16,378 nucleotides of DNA, from assembly GCA_027625095.1 (NCBI GenBank), contig JAQBXN010000165.1, forward strand, positions 1 to 16,378. The letters are read 5' to 3'. Numbering within the stretch: position 1 is the stretch's first letter; the number at the start of each line of letters is the position of its first letter. Positions 6,826 through 15,700 of this stretch are shown piece after piece. This DNA is from Planctomycetota bacterium. Its GTDB lineage: Bacteria > Planctomycetota > PUPC01 > JACPCR01. A program made the translations under genes and the position numbers. Below the pieces are notes generated by a model. That model had not been told where the DNA came from, did no database searches, and saw nothing but the letters and a program-made list of their open reading frames with translations.

Positions 6826-9800
6826 ATGGCCGAAGAAGACATCCAACCCAACACAGACGAGCAGCCTCAAGAAGGCCAAGCCCTCGAAGGTGGCGCTTAC
6901 GAGGTTCTCCGCAAACGGCTGCAAGCGCTTGACTCTCAGTTGGTGGATCGTCTCGAAAAACTGAATTCGAAGCGGAAAGAAACCTTCGGGGGGATGGACA
7001 GCCAGATTATCGGGAACGAACGAATTCACACCGATAACAATTGTATTCCCCGAGATCTTGTCGGGCTCGGCCATCTGCTGATCTTTGGCTACAACGTTTT
7101 TATTGGACTGAAAACTGAGACGAAACTGACGGACGTCTTCGCAGTTCATCGCTTCGATGGCGCTGAGTTTCAGGCTGTTGAGCCCACGATTATTGGTCAC
7201 CCGGATTTCATTCGTGATTTTCATGAACTCTACAAGTACTACAAGAACGCCAGATTTCTTCAGTTCGTAAAATCACCCGGTAAACTCCTGATTGTTTTCC
7301 AGGCCGGCGAAAGCATCACCGATAACAAAATCTTCCGATTTCTCATCGAGCGTGATGAATCCCTGGTTTACATCGACGATCGGGGCGACGTCGAATACAA
7401 GCTGCCTGCGCAGCACGACTTCCGATGGACGGTCACTACCCGCGACGATCAGGTGTTCGGCGCCCACCCACACGTCTCCATTCGAGATCAGGTCTTTGTC
7501 GAAACCATCGGCGGCGATCTGACTATCAAAATTGAAGACAACACCCGCTCAGGCGAAGGCATCTACGCAGAGCCCGTCGAAGACCGCGATCAATCCCTCG
7601 ACGACGCGTTCATCGCCTATGCTGAAGTTGGTGACCTGATCCTTCTGAAGATTCTTCCGTATCGTGAAATCAAGTATCGATATATTGTCTTCAACTCAAA
7701 GGATCATTCAGCCGTTCGGATCGACTCCATCGAGCAGGCTTGCATACAGTTGCCGGAAGGACACGGCATAATTTTTCCCAAGGGCTATTACCTTCAAAAC
7801 GGAGTTTATCGGCAGTTTGATGAAGACGTCCAGGGCATGGTCTATCACGACTATATCTCCTCTCCGAACGGCGAGGACTACCTTTACGTCTTCTATCACC
7901 GCGAGCACGGACGCTACATCCTTCTCCAATACAACCTCATCTCCAAGGAGATTTCGAACCCAGTCTTCTGCCACGGCAAATCTTTGTACGAAGATGGAAA
8001 GATGGTGCTCTTCACCGCACCGGACCAAGAACCGCGCCGGAATCATCCGATGCAAATCTGGCAAACGCCGTTTTACGGGGATGCGTACGATGTTCCGCTC
8101 AAAGCGGACACGTTCCTCACGAAGGTAGGTAACCGCGATCTGGTGCGCGGCATTTCGGAGGGATTCACTATCAGTCGGCTCGTCCAGACAGAACGCGCCA
8201 CGCTGACAACTTACGAAGATCTGATTACCTCGTGTACCAACATGATGGACGGGTATCACTGGCTCGCCCATGAGGAAACATTCAATGTTCGGGAGATAGT
8301 TGTCGAAGTCAAGAGCGCCGGCATTGCTGCCATTGATGAGTACGAAAAGGTTCTCCGAATCAAGCAAAACACGGCTGGCCAGATCAAAGAGAACCAGGAA
8401 GCAGTTCGGAAATTGACCCTTGAGACCACACCCGACCGCATGCGCAGCATCGATGATTTCGTTAACGGGCTAAGCGAGATTCGAAGTCGCAGGGGCAAAG
8501 TCATTTCTTTGCGCGAGCTCCGATATGCAGATCTGCCGGCCATCGAAGCGATGGACCAACAGCTCGAAAGGTCCAACGAGGATGTCTCGATCGGCTGCGT
8601 TGATTACCTGCTCCTGCCAGATTCGCTGAATCCATACATTGATCGGAACCAGGAGATCGAATCCGGACTGGGCGAAATCCAGAAGGTGGCGGAACTAAAA
8701 GATGAGCATAAACAACTCGAAGACCTGGCATCAAGACTCGACCTGCTTACAGATATCGTCAATAACCTGAATATCGAAGATGCCACCAAGACCACGCAGA
8801 TTGTCGATGCGATCACAGACGTTTATTCCGGAGTAAATCGCACCAGAGCCCAGATCCGAAACCTGCATCAGGATCTCGGCAAAGCCGAGGCCCGGGCCGA
8901 GTTCGCCGCGCAATACAAATTGCTCAGCCAGAGTATTACCAACTACATCGGCATGTGTGATTCAGTCGAAAAGTGCGACGAATTTCTCACCAAATTAATG
9001 ATCACTATCGAAGAGCTTGAGGGCCGCTTTTCGGACTTCGAAGAATTCGCGGAGAAGCTCGCGGAGAAACGTGAAGAGGCATACAACGCGTTCTCAAACC
9101 GCAAGCAGGTGCTCGACGAAGAGCAGAAGCGAAAGGTCGGGGCGCTCATCTCCTCTGCCGAACGAATCCTGAAAGGGATCATCAACCGGGCCGAGAGCTT
9201 CAGCAATGTAGATGAGGTCAACGCATACTTCGCATCGGATCTGATGGTCTCGAAGCTTCGGGACATTATTAAGCGCTTCTATGACATGGATGAATCGGTC
9301 AAGGCCGATGATTTTTCCGGTCGCTTGAAAAGCACCAAGGACGAAATTCTCCGCCGTCTGCGAGACAAGTTAGACCTGTTCGAAGGAGGCGATAACGTTA
9401 TTTCATTCGGTGATTACAAATTCACCGTCAACACGCAGAAGCTGGAACTCACTACTGTACTGCGTGACGAGGAAATGCTCTTCCATCTGACCGGAACGGA
9501 TTATTACGAGGAAATTCGAGACGAAGAGTTTCTTAAGACTCGTGAGTTGTGGCGGCAGGAAATCATCAGCGAGAACCGTGATGTGTACCGGGGAGAATAT
9601 CTCGCTTATAAGATCTTGATGGCCGCGGCGAACAATAAAGACGGTTTCATCCTGACAGAACTAACCGAACTGGTAAGTGAAGAGAAAACGCTCCTTGATC
9701 GTGTGCGCGCTTATTCGGGGAGCCTCTATAACGAAGGCTACGACAAGGGTATTCACGACTGTGACGCGACAAAAATTCTGCAGGCTCTGATCGGGCTGTA

Positions 9801-11880
9801 TAACACTACCGCCTTGCTGCGTTACGATTCAGAGTCCCGGGCCTTTGCCATCCTTTTCTGGTGCTTCTACCCGGACAAAGAGGAGAAGCTCCAGCTCCGC
9901 AATAAACTCAGAAGCTTCGGTGCGCTGGGCAAGATATTCGAATTCAAGGATGTGAACCCGGCTTATGTCATTGAAATTCGAAACGCAATGGGGCCGTTCT
10001 TTGAAAGCCTCGGAAGGAAGGTCTGCGGCCCGACCCTGAGTCTGGCAGCGGAGTATCTCTACAACGAACTGCAGGACAGCGATCTCCTGGAGTTCACGAT
10101 TAACGCTCTCGCGCAGGAGTTACATGACCATTTCTTCGACTATCTCGCCAAGAAGGGCAAAGACGAAGATTTTAGGTCCGACATTGGTGCGCTGAACGGC
10201 AGCACAAAACCACAAATCGATCTGATTCATGATTGGGTCTCAACCTACGTGCGCACTCAGGAAGATGCAGACTCCGGGCATTTTGTGTGGGAGGTTGTTG
10301 CGCTCATTGCCGCGGGTGAGGTGATTAATCGTGATACTACGTCTGTGACGACGTTCGCTGAGGTAGACGGCCTGCTTGGCCAGCATCGGCTTATTGGAAA
10401 CAAGAAACTCAAGATTCATTTCGATCTGTTCCTGATTCGCCTCAAACAGTTCGCAGAGGAGCAAGTGCCTCTGTTTCAAAAGTACCAGCAACTTCGAACT
10501 CAACTCACCCAGGCGCGTCGCAAGGAACTCAGACTTTCCGAATTTGAGCCGAAGGTCATGGGATCATTTGTGCGCAATAAATTGATAAATGACGTTTACC
10601 TGAATCTGGTGGGCGCTAACTTCGCTAAACAGATGGGGGCGGCCGGCGATTCAAAGCGGACGGATCTGATGGGACTGCTGCTGCTCATCTCCCCGCCGGG
10701 TTACGGCAAAACCACTCTGATGGAATACATCGCCAGTCGTCTCGGACTTACCTTCATAAAGATTAACGGCCCTGCTATTGGACATGCAGTGACGTCGCTC
10801 GATCCGGCTGAAGCCACGAATGCAACCGCACGGGAAGAATTGCAGAAGCTCAATCTCGCCTTTGAGATGGGCAACAACATCATGATCTACCTGGATGACA
10901 TCCAGCATTGTAATCCGGAACTCTTGCAGAAATTCATCTCACTCTGCGACGGCCAGCGCAAAATCGAAGGTGTCTATAAGGGTAAGACCAAGACTTACAA
11001 CCTGCGCGGCAAGAAGGTCTCGGTCGTCATGGCCGGAAACCCATACACCGAGAGCGGTGATAAATTTCAAATCCCGGACATGCTCGCCAACCGTGCTGAC
11101 ACCTACAATCTGGGCGACATTTCCAGCACAGAGAGCAAAGCGTTTGAAATGAGTTTCATCGAAAATGCGATGACCTCGAATCCTGTGCTGAGCAAGATCA
11201 GCAGTCACGGCCACGATGACATTTACCGGCTCATGCAGATCGTCGAGACCGGCAGCCGGCAGGGAGTCGAGTTGGAACACGGCTATTCGTCCGAGGAGGT
11301 GACCGAGATAGTGAATGTCCTCAGCAAACTGTTTCGGGTCCGTGACGTAGTCCTGCGGGTCAATCAGGAATACATTTATTCAGCTGCGCAAGAAGACGAC
11401 TATCGTACCGAGCCGCCCTTCAGGCTCCAGGGCTCATATCGCAACATGAACCGTATCGCGGAGAAGATCTTTCCGGTGATGACAGATAAGGAAGTCGAAA
11501 GGTTGATTCTCGATAGCTACTACAACGAAGCCCAAACCCTGACCTCCGGCGCCGAATCCAATCTGCTCAAGTTCAAAGAGATCATTGAGATCCTCAGCGA
11601 AGAGGAAAAAAAACGCTGGTCAGCTATCAAGAGCGAATTCAATCGCCGCCAGTCACTCGCCGGTATGGACGACGAAGACGACATCGGAAAAGTCCTCTCC
11701 CAGCTCAGCGGCTTCAACAAAAACCTTGGCGACATGCGCGAAGTCATCGCGGGTGCAGCAAATTACCTCGCCCAGAATATGGACAAGGGCTTCAATCAAA
11801 ATCTGAAAATAGTAGTGGACGAAAACCTGCTCAAGATTCTGTCCAAGGGCAGCGCGGCCGTGAAAAAGGCGAAGGAGTAA
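6826..11880 (+). CDS. giant (1684 aa) multidomain protein with C-terminal MoxR/AAA_5-type AAA+ ATPase domain; the N-terminal ~1250 aa are uncharacterised (beta-rich N-terminal region, central coiled-coil/helical region)
   Basis: A single uninterrupted 5055-nt ORF. The C-terminal AAA+ module has Walker A LLISPPGYGKTTLMEY (Lys at nt 10708-10710), Walker B NNIMIYLDDIQH (DD at 10894-10899) and sensor-1 VSVVMAGNPYTESGDKF. An arginine-finger region IPDMLANRADTYNL fits the MoxR pattern NP.E..G.Y.LPEAQLDRF. A central region (~aa 560-800: …LERSNED…EIQKVAELKDEHKQLEDLASRLDLLTDIVNNLNIED…) looks coiled-coil. No Shine-Dalgarno precedes ATG 6826. Antisense ORFs inside it (7708-8367, 8256-8576, 10939-11280 and others) are rejected as shadows. 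Confidence 0.8.
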   Translation: MAEEDIQPNTDEQPQEGQALEGGAYEVLRKRLQALDSQLVDRLEKLNSKRKETFGGMDSQIIGNERIHTDNNCIPRDLVGLGHLLIFGYNVFIGLKTETKLTDVFAVHRFDGAEFQAVEPTIIGHPDFIRDFHELYKYYKNARFLQFVKSPGKLLIVFQAGESITDNKIFRFLIERDESLVYIDDRGDVEYKLPAQHDFRWTVTTRDDQVFGAHPHVSIRDQVFVETIGGDLTIKIEDNTRSGEGIYAEPVEDRDQSLDDAFIAYAEVGDLILLKILPYREIKYRYIVFNSKDHSAVRIDSIEQACIQLPEGHGIIFPKGYYLQNGVYRQFDEDVQGMVYHDYISSPNGEDYLYVFYHREHGRYILLQYNLISKEISNPVFCHGKSLYEDGKMVLFTAPDQEPRRNHPMQIWQTPFYGDAYDVPLKADTFLTKVGNRDLVRGISEGFTISRLVQTERATLTTYEDLITSCTNMMDGYHWLAHEETFNVREIVVEVKSAGIAAIDEYEKVLRIKQNTAGQIKENQEAVRKLTLETTPDRMRSIDDFVNGLSEIRSRRGKVISLRELRYADLPAIEAMDQQLERSNEDVSIGCVDYLLLPDSLNPYIDRNQEIESGLGEIQKVAELKDEHKQLEDLASRLDLLTDIVNNLNIEDATKTTQIVDAITDVYSGVNRTRAQIRNLHQDLGKAEARAEFAAQYKLLSQSITNYIGMCDSVEKCDEFLTKLMITIEELEGRFSDFEEFAEKLAEKREEAYNAFSNRKQVLDEEQKRKVGALISSAERILKGIINRAESFSNVDEVNAYFASDLMVSKLRDIIKRFYDMDESVKADDFSGRLKSTKDEILRRLRDKLDLFEGGDNVISFGDYKFTVNTQKLELTTVLRDEEMLFHLTGTDYYEEIRDEEFLKTRELWRQEIISENRDVYRGEYLAYKILMAAANNKDGFILTELTELVSEEKTLLDRVRAYSGSLYNEGYDKGIHDCDATKILQALIGLYNTTALLRYDSESRAFAILFWCFYPDKEEKLQLRNKLRSFGALGKIFEFKDVNPAYVIEIRNAMGPFFESLGRKVCGPTLSLAAEYLYNELQDSDLLEFTINALAQELHDHFFDYLAKKGKDEDFRSDIGALNGSTKPQIDLIHDWVSTYVRTQEDADSGHFVWEVVALIAAGEVINRDTTSVTTFAEVDGLLGQHRLIGNKKLKIHFDLFLIRLKQFAEEQVPLFQKYQQLRTQLTQARRKELRLSEFEPKVMGSFVRNKLINDVYLNLVGANFAKQMGAAGDSKRTDLMGLLLLISPPGYGKTTLMEYIASRLGLTFIKINGPAIGHAVTSLDPAEATNATAREELQKLNLAFEMGNNIMIYLDDIQHCNPELLQKFISLCDGQRKIEGVYKGKTKTYNLRGKKVSVVMAGNPYTESGDKFQIPDMLANRADTYNLGDISSTESKAFEMSFIENAMTSNPVLSKISSHGHDDIYRLMQIVETGSRQGVELEHGYSSEEVTEIVNVLSKLFRVRDVVLRVNQEYIYSAAQEDDYRTEPPFRLQGSYRNMNRIAEKIFPVMTDKEVERLILDSYYNEAQTLTSGAESNLLKFKEIIEILSEEEKKRWSAIKSEFNRRQSLAGMDDEDDIGKVLSQLSGFNKNLGDMREVIAGAANYLAQNMDKGFNQNLKIVVDENLLKILSKGSAAVKKAKE

Positions 11881-12362
11881 TGGTGACTGACAACCTTGAC
11901 CCCTTCGAAGAACTATGTGCAATTGTCGATACGCTAAATGAAGAGGGTATCGAGTTCGCAGTCTGTGGTGGCCTTGCTGTGGCCATCTACGGCTATGCTC
12001 GCACGACCCAGGATATCGATATCCTGGTCAAAGAAGAAGATCTCGAAAGCATACAAAACGTAGTCCGGCCTCTTGGATTTGACATCGCTTCAGGCTTTAT
12101 GCGATTCAATAGTGGCACCCCTGGTGAACGAACGATCTTCCGCATTCTGAAGATCGTTGGTTCTCACGATTTAATGTTAGATTTGATTCTTGTGGGCGAC
12201 TTCCATACCGAAGTCTGGGAAAGCAGATCAGTGGCGGAGTATCAGGGCAGGAAATTTTCGATAGTTTCACGGTTGGGATTGAAAAAGATGAAGGAAAAGG
12301 CTGGCAGAGCAAAGGACCTTACAGACATTGAAGAACTGGGCTTAAACAATGTCGGACAGTAA
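11880..12362 (+). CDS. minimal nucleotidyltransferase-fold protein (Pol-beta superfamily; AbiEii/DUF1814-like or MNT-like core)
   Basis: FAVCGGLAVAIYGYARTTQDIDILV fits the NTase-fold motif hG[GS]-x(9-14)-DhDh. It resembles the AbiEii core GGTAL…R.S.DIDF and the MNT block ARG…SDIDLLV. The C-terminal KEKAGRAKDLTDIEEL block is common in this group. The start ATG overlaps the stop of the giant gene (TAATG, 11878-11882), and AAGGAG lies at 11870-11875. Confidence 0.55.
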   Translation: MVTDNLDPFEELCAIVDTLNEEGIEFAVCGGLAVAIYGYARTTQDIDILVKEEDLESIQNVVRPLGFDIASGFMRFNSGTPGERTIFRILKIVGSHDLMLDLILVGDFHTEVWESRSVAEYQGRKFSIVSRLGLKKMKEKAGRAKDLTDIEELGLNNVGQ

Positions 12363-12783
12363 CGTAAACAAAGAGCCCGCTAGGGTAGATATGTCCCCTG
12401 AAGGCATAATCAATCGCTTGAAGAAATCGGCAGCCCTCTACCGCATGTCACTGAAACTTGGAATGTTCAGGCCTGCAAACGTGCCACAGTTCGTCGATCC
12501 GGATAAACGGCTTTTGCGCCTGCCCGATGAACTCATCAGGGACGAAGACGGCTTTCTTCGCGTGGCCGGTTCACGAGTCGGTTTTTTCCGTCTGGTCAGC
12601 CTCCATCGCAGCAAAGGCCTGGATGCCGTTGAACTCAATAAATACTTCTACGAGGAATATGACCGCCATGTATCAGTCTGTTATCTCATGGCGGTGCTGA
12701 AATTCTACGAAGAGAATAAAACAGTCATCGACCTTTACGTAGATTCTTACGAAGACGGTAAGTCCGAGGCACATTCTCGATAG
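12349..12783 (+). CDS. hypothetical 144-aa protein, overlapping partner of the nucleotidyltransferase-fold gene; possible HEPN-like partner (weak)
   Basis: The ORF overlaps the preceding gene by 14 nt (ATG 12349 inside …AACAATGTCGGACAGTAA). It contains an R-x4-H motif (FRLVSLHRSKG), loosely compatible with HEPN. It is predicted mostly helical with no TM segment. The 300-aa ORF on the opposite strand (12673-13575) is rejected. Confidence 0.45.
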   Translation: MSDSNVNKEPARVDMSPEGIINRLKKSAALYRMSLKLGMFRPANVPQFVDPDKRLLRLPDELIRDEDGFLRVAGSRVGFFRLVSLHRSKGLDAVELNKYFYEEYDRHVSVCYLMAVLKFYEENKTVIDLYVDSYEDGKSEAHSR

Positions 12784-12792
12784 ACCGCACCA

Positions 12793-15700
12793 ATGCCCAT
12801 CCCAATCCAATGCCCCAATCCGGAATGTAAGAAGAGTCTCAGCCTGCCAGAGGAGCACGCGGGCAAGGCAGTAAAGTGCCCTGCTTGTGGCAAGACGCTG
12901 AAGGTACCGGAAGGGATTACCAAGTACGGCGAATTCAAAATTGTGCGCCAGATAGGAAAGGGCGGAATGGGCACAGTTTATGAGGGTCTTCAGGTAAGCC
13001 TGCAGCGGCGAGTGGCGCTCAAGGTGCTCGACCCCAATTTCTCCAGCAATGCACGATACCTCGGGCGTTTTGTCCGTGAGGCAAGAGCTGCAGCGGCCAT
13101 CCAGCACCCGAACATTATCCAGGTGTTCGACATTGGCGAGGACAATGGAAGACATTTCTTCGCCATGGAATTCGTGGAAGGCGAAAACGCTTTTGAAAAA
13201 CTTAAGCGTGATGGAGCGTTTTCCGTCAGGGCTGGCCTCGAGATCGCTGGCCAGATTGCGAAAGCGCTTCAGGCCGCGGGGAAGCAGTCCATCATCCATC
13301 GGGATATCAAGCCGGACAACATCATGCTGGGCCGGGAAGGCCAGGTAAAACTTGCCGACCTCGGGCTTGCCAAAAATGTCGAAGATCAAACCACGGTCAC
13401 GCAGAGCGGCGCGGCCATCGGCACCCCACATTACATCGCGCCAGAACAAGCAAAAGATGCGGCCAATGTGGATCACAGAGCCGACATCTATGCACTCGGA
13501 GTAACCCTCCTGCATCTGCTTACAGGCAAGCGGCCATTTGACGGCGACAAGCCCTGGGACATTGTCGAAAAGCATGTGAACCAGCCACTGCCGAAAGGCG
13601 CCGACCTCGGCGTCGAACTCCCTGACGCGGTTGACCGGTTAATTCAGAAGATGGCGGCCAAGGAACCCGACAATCGTTTTCAGGACTACGAATCGCTGCT
13701 CACCGCAATTGAGACTGCCCAGAATGACAAGGAGGAAAAACGTCCTGAAAAGGTCATCCAGCAGCCCAAACTCAAACCGAGGCGTGATACGCCGCGCAAG
13801 AAGAAGATTCCAATCGCGCTTTATGCAGGGCTGACAGCAGCCATTGCTGTGGTCATTGGCATCACAGTAATGGTGTTCGATTCAGGAGGTCCTCAGCCGC
13901 ACCGTATGGTGGGTTACAAGAAAATAGAGAAGACGGTTGCCTCTACGACCACCATCCCCAAGCCGCCCTCCGCCGGTCAAGTCCCTCCCAAGACGACCTT
14001 TGCGACCTTCAAGGAGGTTAATGACTATGTAAAAGAAAATCCGGACGCCTATGGCGAAATCATCGGGATGTATCGAAAGATCTCGGACAGCATCGACAAC
14101 GTCAATGACAAAATGCGGGCGGACGCACTCATCAACTCATGGAAAAGAAAATGGGAGGAAGCTGCGGCCGAGGCCCTCAACGGAACTCAAAATAACGTGA
14201 AGGCTCATCTCGCAGCATCGCAGTTCGGGATGGCCCAGACTGCTTTGAATGACTTCCCGGTTGCATTGCTTCATCAGGGTGTAGTGGAAGAAATTGATAA
14301 GCTCCGGTTGCAGATTGAAGCAGCCAAAGACGCGTTTATCGCCGAACTTAAGTCACGCGGAAAGCCGATTCTTGAAAAAGAGCCCGGCGATCTCTCCCGT
14401 GAAGATATTTCCACCTTGAACTGGGTATTGAAGCGAACCCAAAGTGGCGAACTCGGCCTTTCTTTTCTCCAAGCGAAGGAAGTTCGTGATTTTTCGAAGC
14501 AAGTCTCTTCTGCAGTATCCCGATACAGAGCACATGAAGACAGACGAATCGCACTTAAGAGTCAATTCTGGGATTCCTATCGGCGTCTCATTACAAGCAA
14601 GCAGTTCGAGCAGGCACGCACGACCGTCCAGGAGGCCGAACCTCTGGAGGCGGAGGAAAAGAGCCTGCTGATCAGGCACACCTCTCTGATCGAAAAATCA
14701 CTTGAACCGGCAGCCAGAAATATGCCCCTTGAAAAGGCGCTCCATCAATTTCACTTCGGCGAAGAGAGGGATTCTATCCCTGAATTCGAGCTCGCATCGA
14801 AATCCGGACAAGATGTCCGTTTATATCTTCACCTGCTGGGTGCAGATTTGCCGGAATGGATGAGTGGTGCTTTTGAGATTCCAGAGGAATCAGAGGATAG
14901 TCACGGAAATCCCATTCGAAAAGGTGTGGATAAGAAGTCGGGGCTGCCATTTGAAATCCGTAATAGATCGTCCGGAATTCATTTCATGCTCCTTCCAGCC
15001 GGACAGTTCATGATGGGAAGTCCCGAAACTGAACAGGATCGCCACTCAGACGAAGGTCCATTACATCCTGTGGGAATCACCCGCCCTTTTTACATGGGCA
15101 AGTATGAGGTCACCGGTGCGGATTGGGAGAAGGCCAACGGAGCCAAATGGGCTTATGCTCGAGGCGAAGATTTCCCACTTACAGAGATTCGCAAATTGAC
15201 CGCAATGATGTTTGCCAGCCAGTTGAGCCGGCAACTGGCCGGAGGACGGCTTCGACTGCCGACTGAAGCCGAATGGGAATATGCATGCCGGGCCGGCAGC
15301 ATCACGCCTCTGCATTACGGCACAGATCCGGAATATGCAATGACCGCGGACTACGGGTGGTTCAAAGAGAATTCCGGCGGCAAGGTTCGACCGGCCGGGA
15401 TGAAGAAACCGAATGACTGGGGTCTCTACGACATGATCGGAAACGTCTGGGAATATGTTCTCGACAACTACGATGTCTACCCTACTGAACCGGAGACTGA
15501 CCCTTACTATCCGCCCATTGGAACGATCCCGCGCACCATCCGAGGCGGCGGTGTTTTATCTGATGCCGGCCAGTTGAGATCTGCCGAGCGCAGTAGAAGC
15601 AGGTTTGGGGCCAGTGATGAGAGCAACGGATTCAGGCTAATGCTCGAGCAGTCGCGCAAAGAGCACCAGGTACCTGGCATGCCGAACCCGGTTTTCAAAA

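Noticed and set aside
7708-8367. 219-aa minus-strand ORF and several 60-110-aa ORFs inside the giant gene (8256-8576, 8943-9266, 10939-11280, 11653-11922 and others)
   Set aside because: All are embedded antisense or out of frame in a single uninterrupted 5055-nt ORF that carries clean AAA+ motifs. None has an RBS or recognisable motif.
12673-13575. 300-aa minus-strand ORF overlapping the kinase N-terminus
   Set aside because: It is antisense to a region encoding canonical Hanks kinase subdomains I-VIII. It is a shadow ORF.
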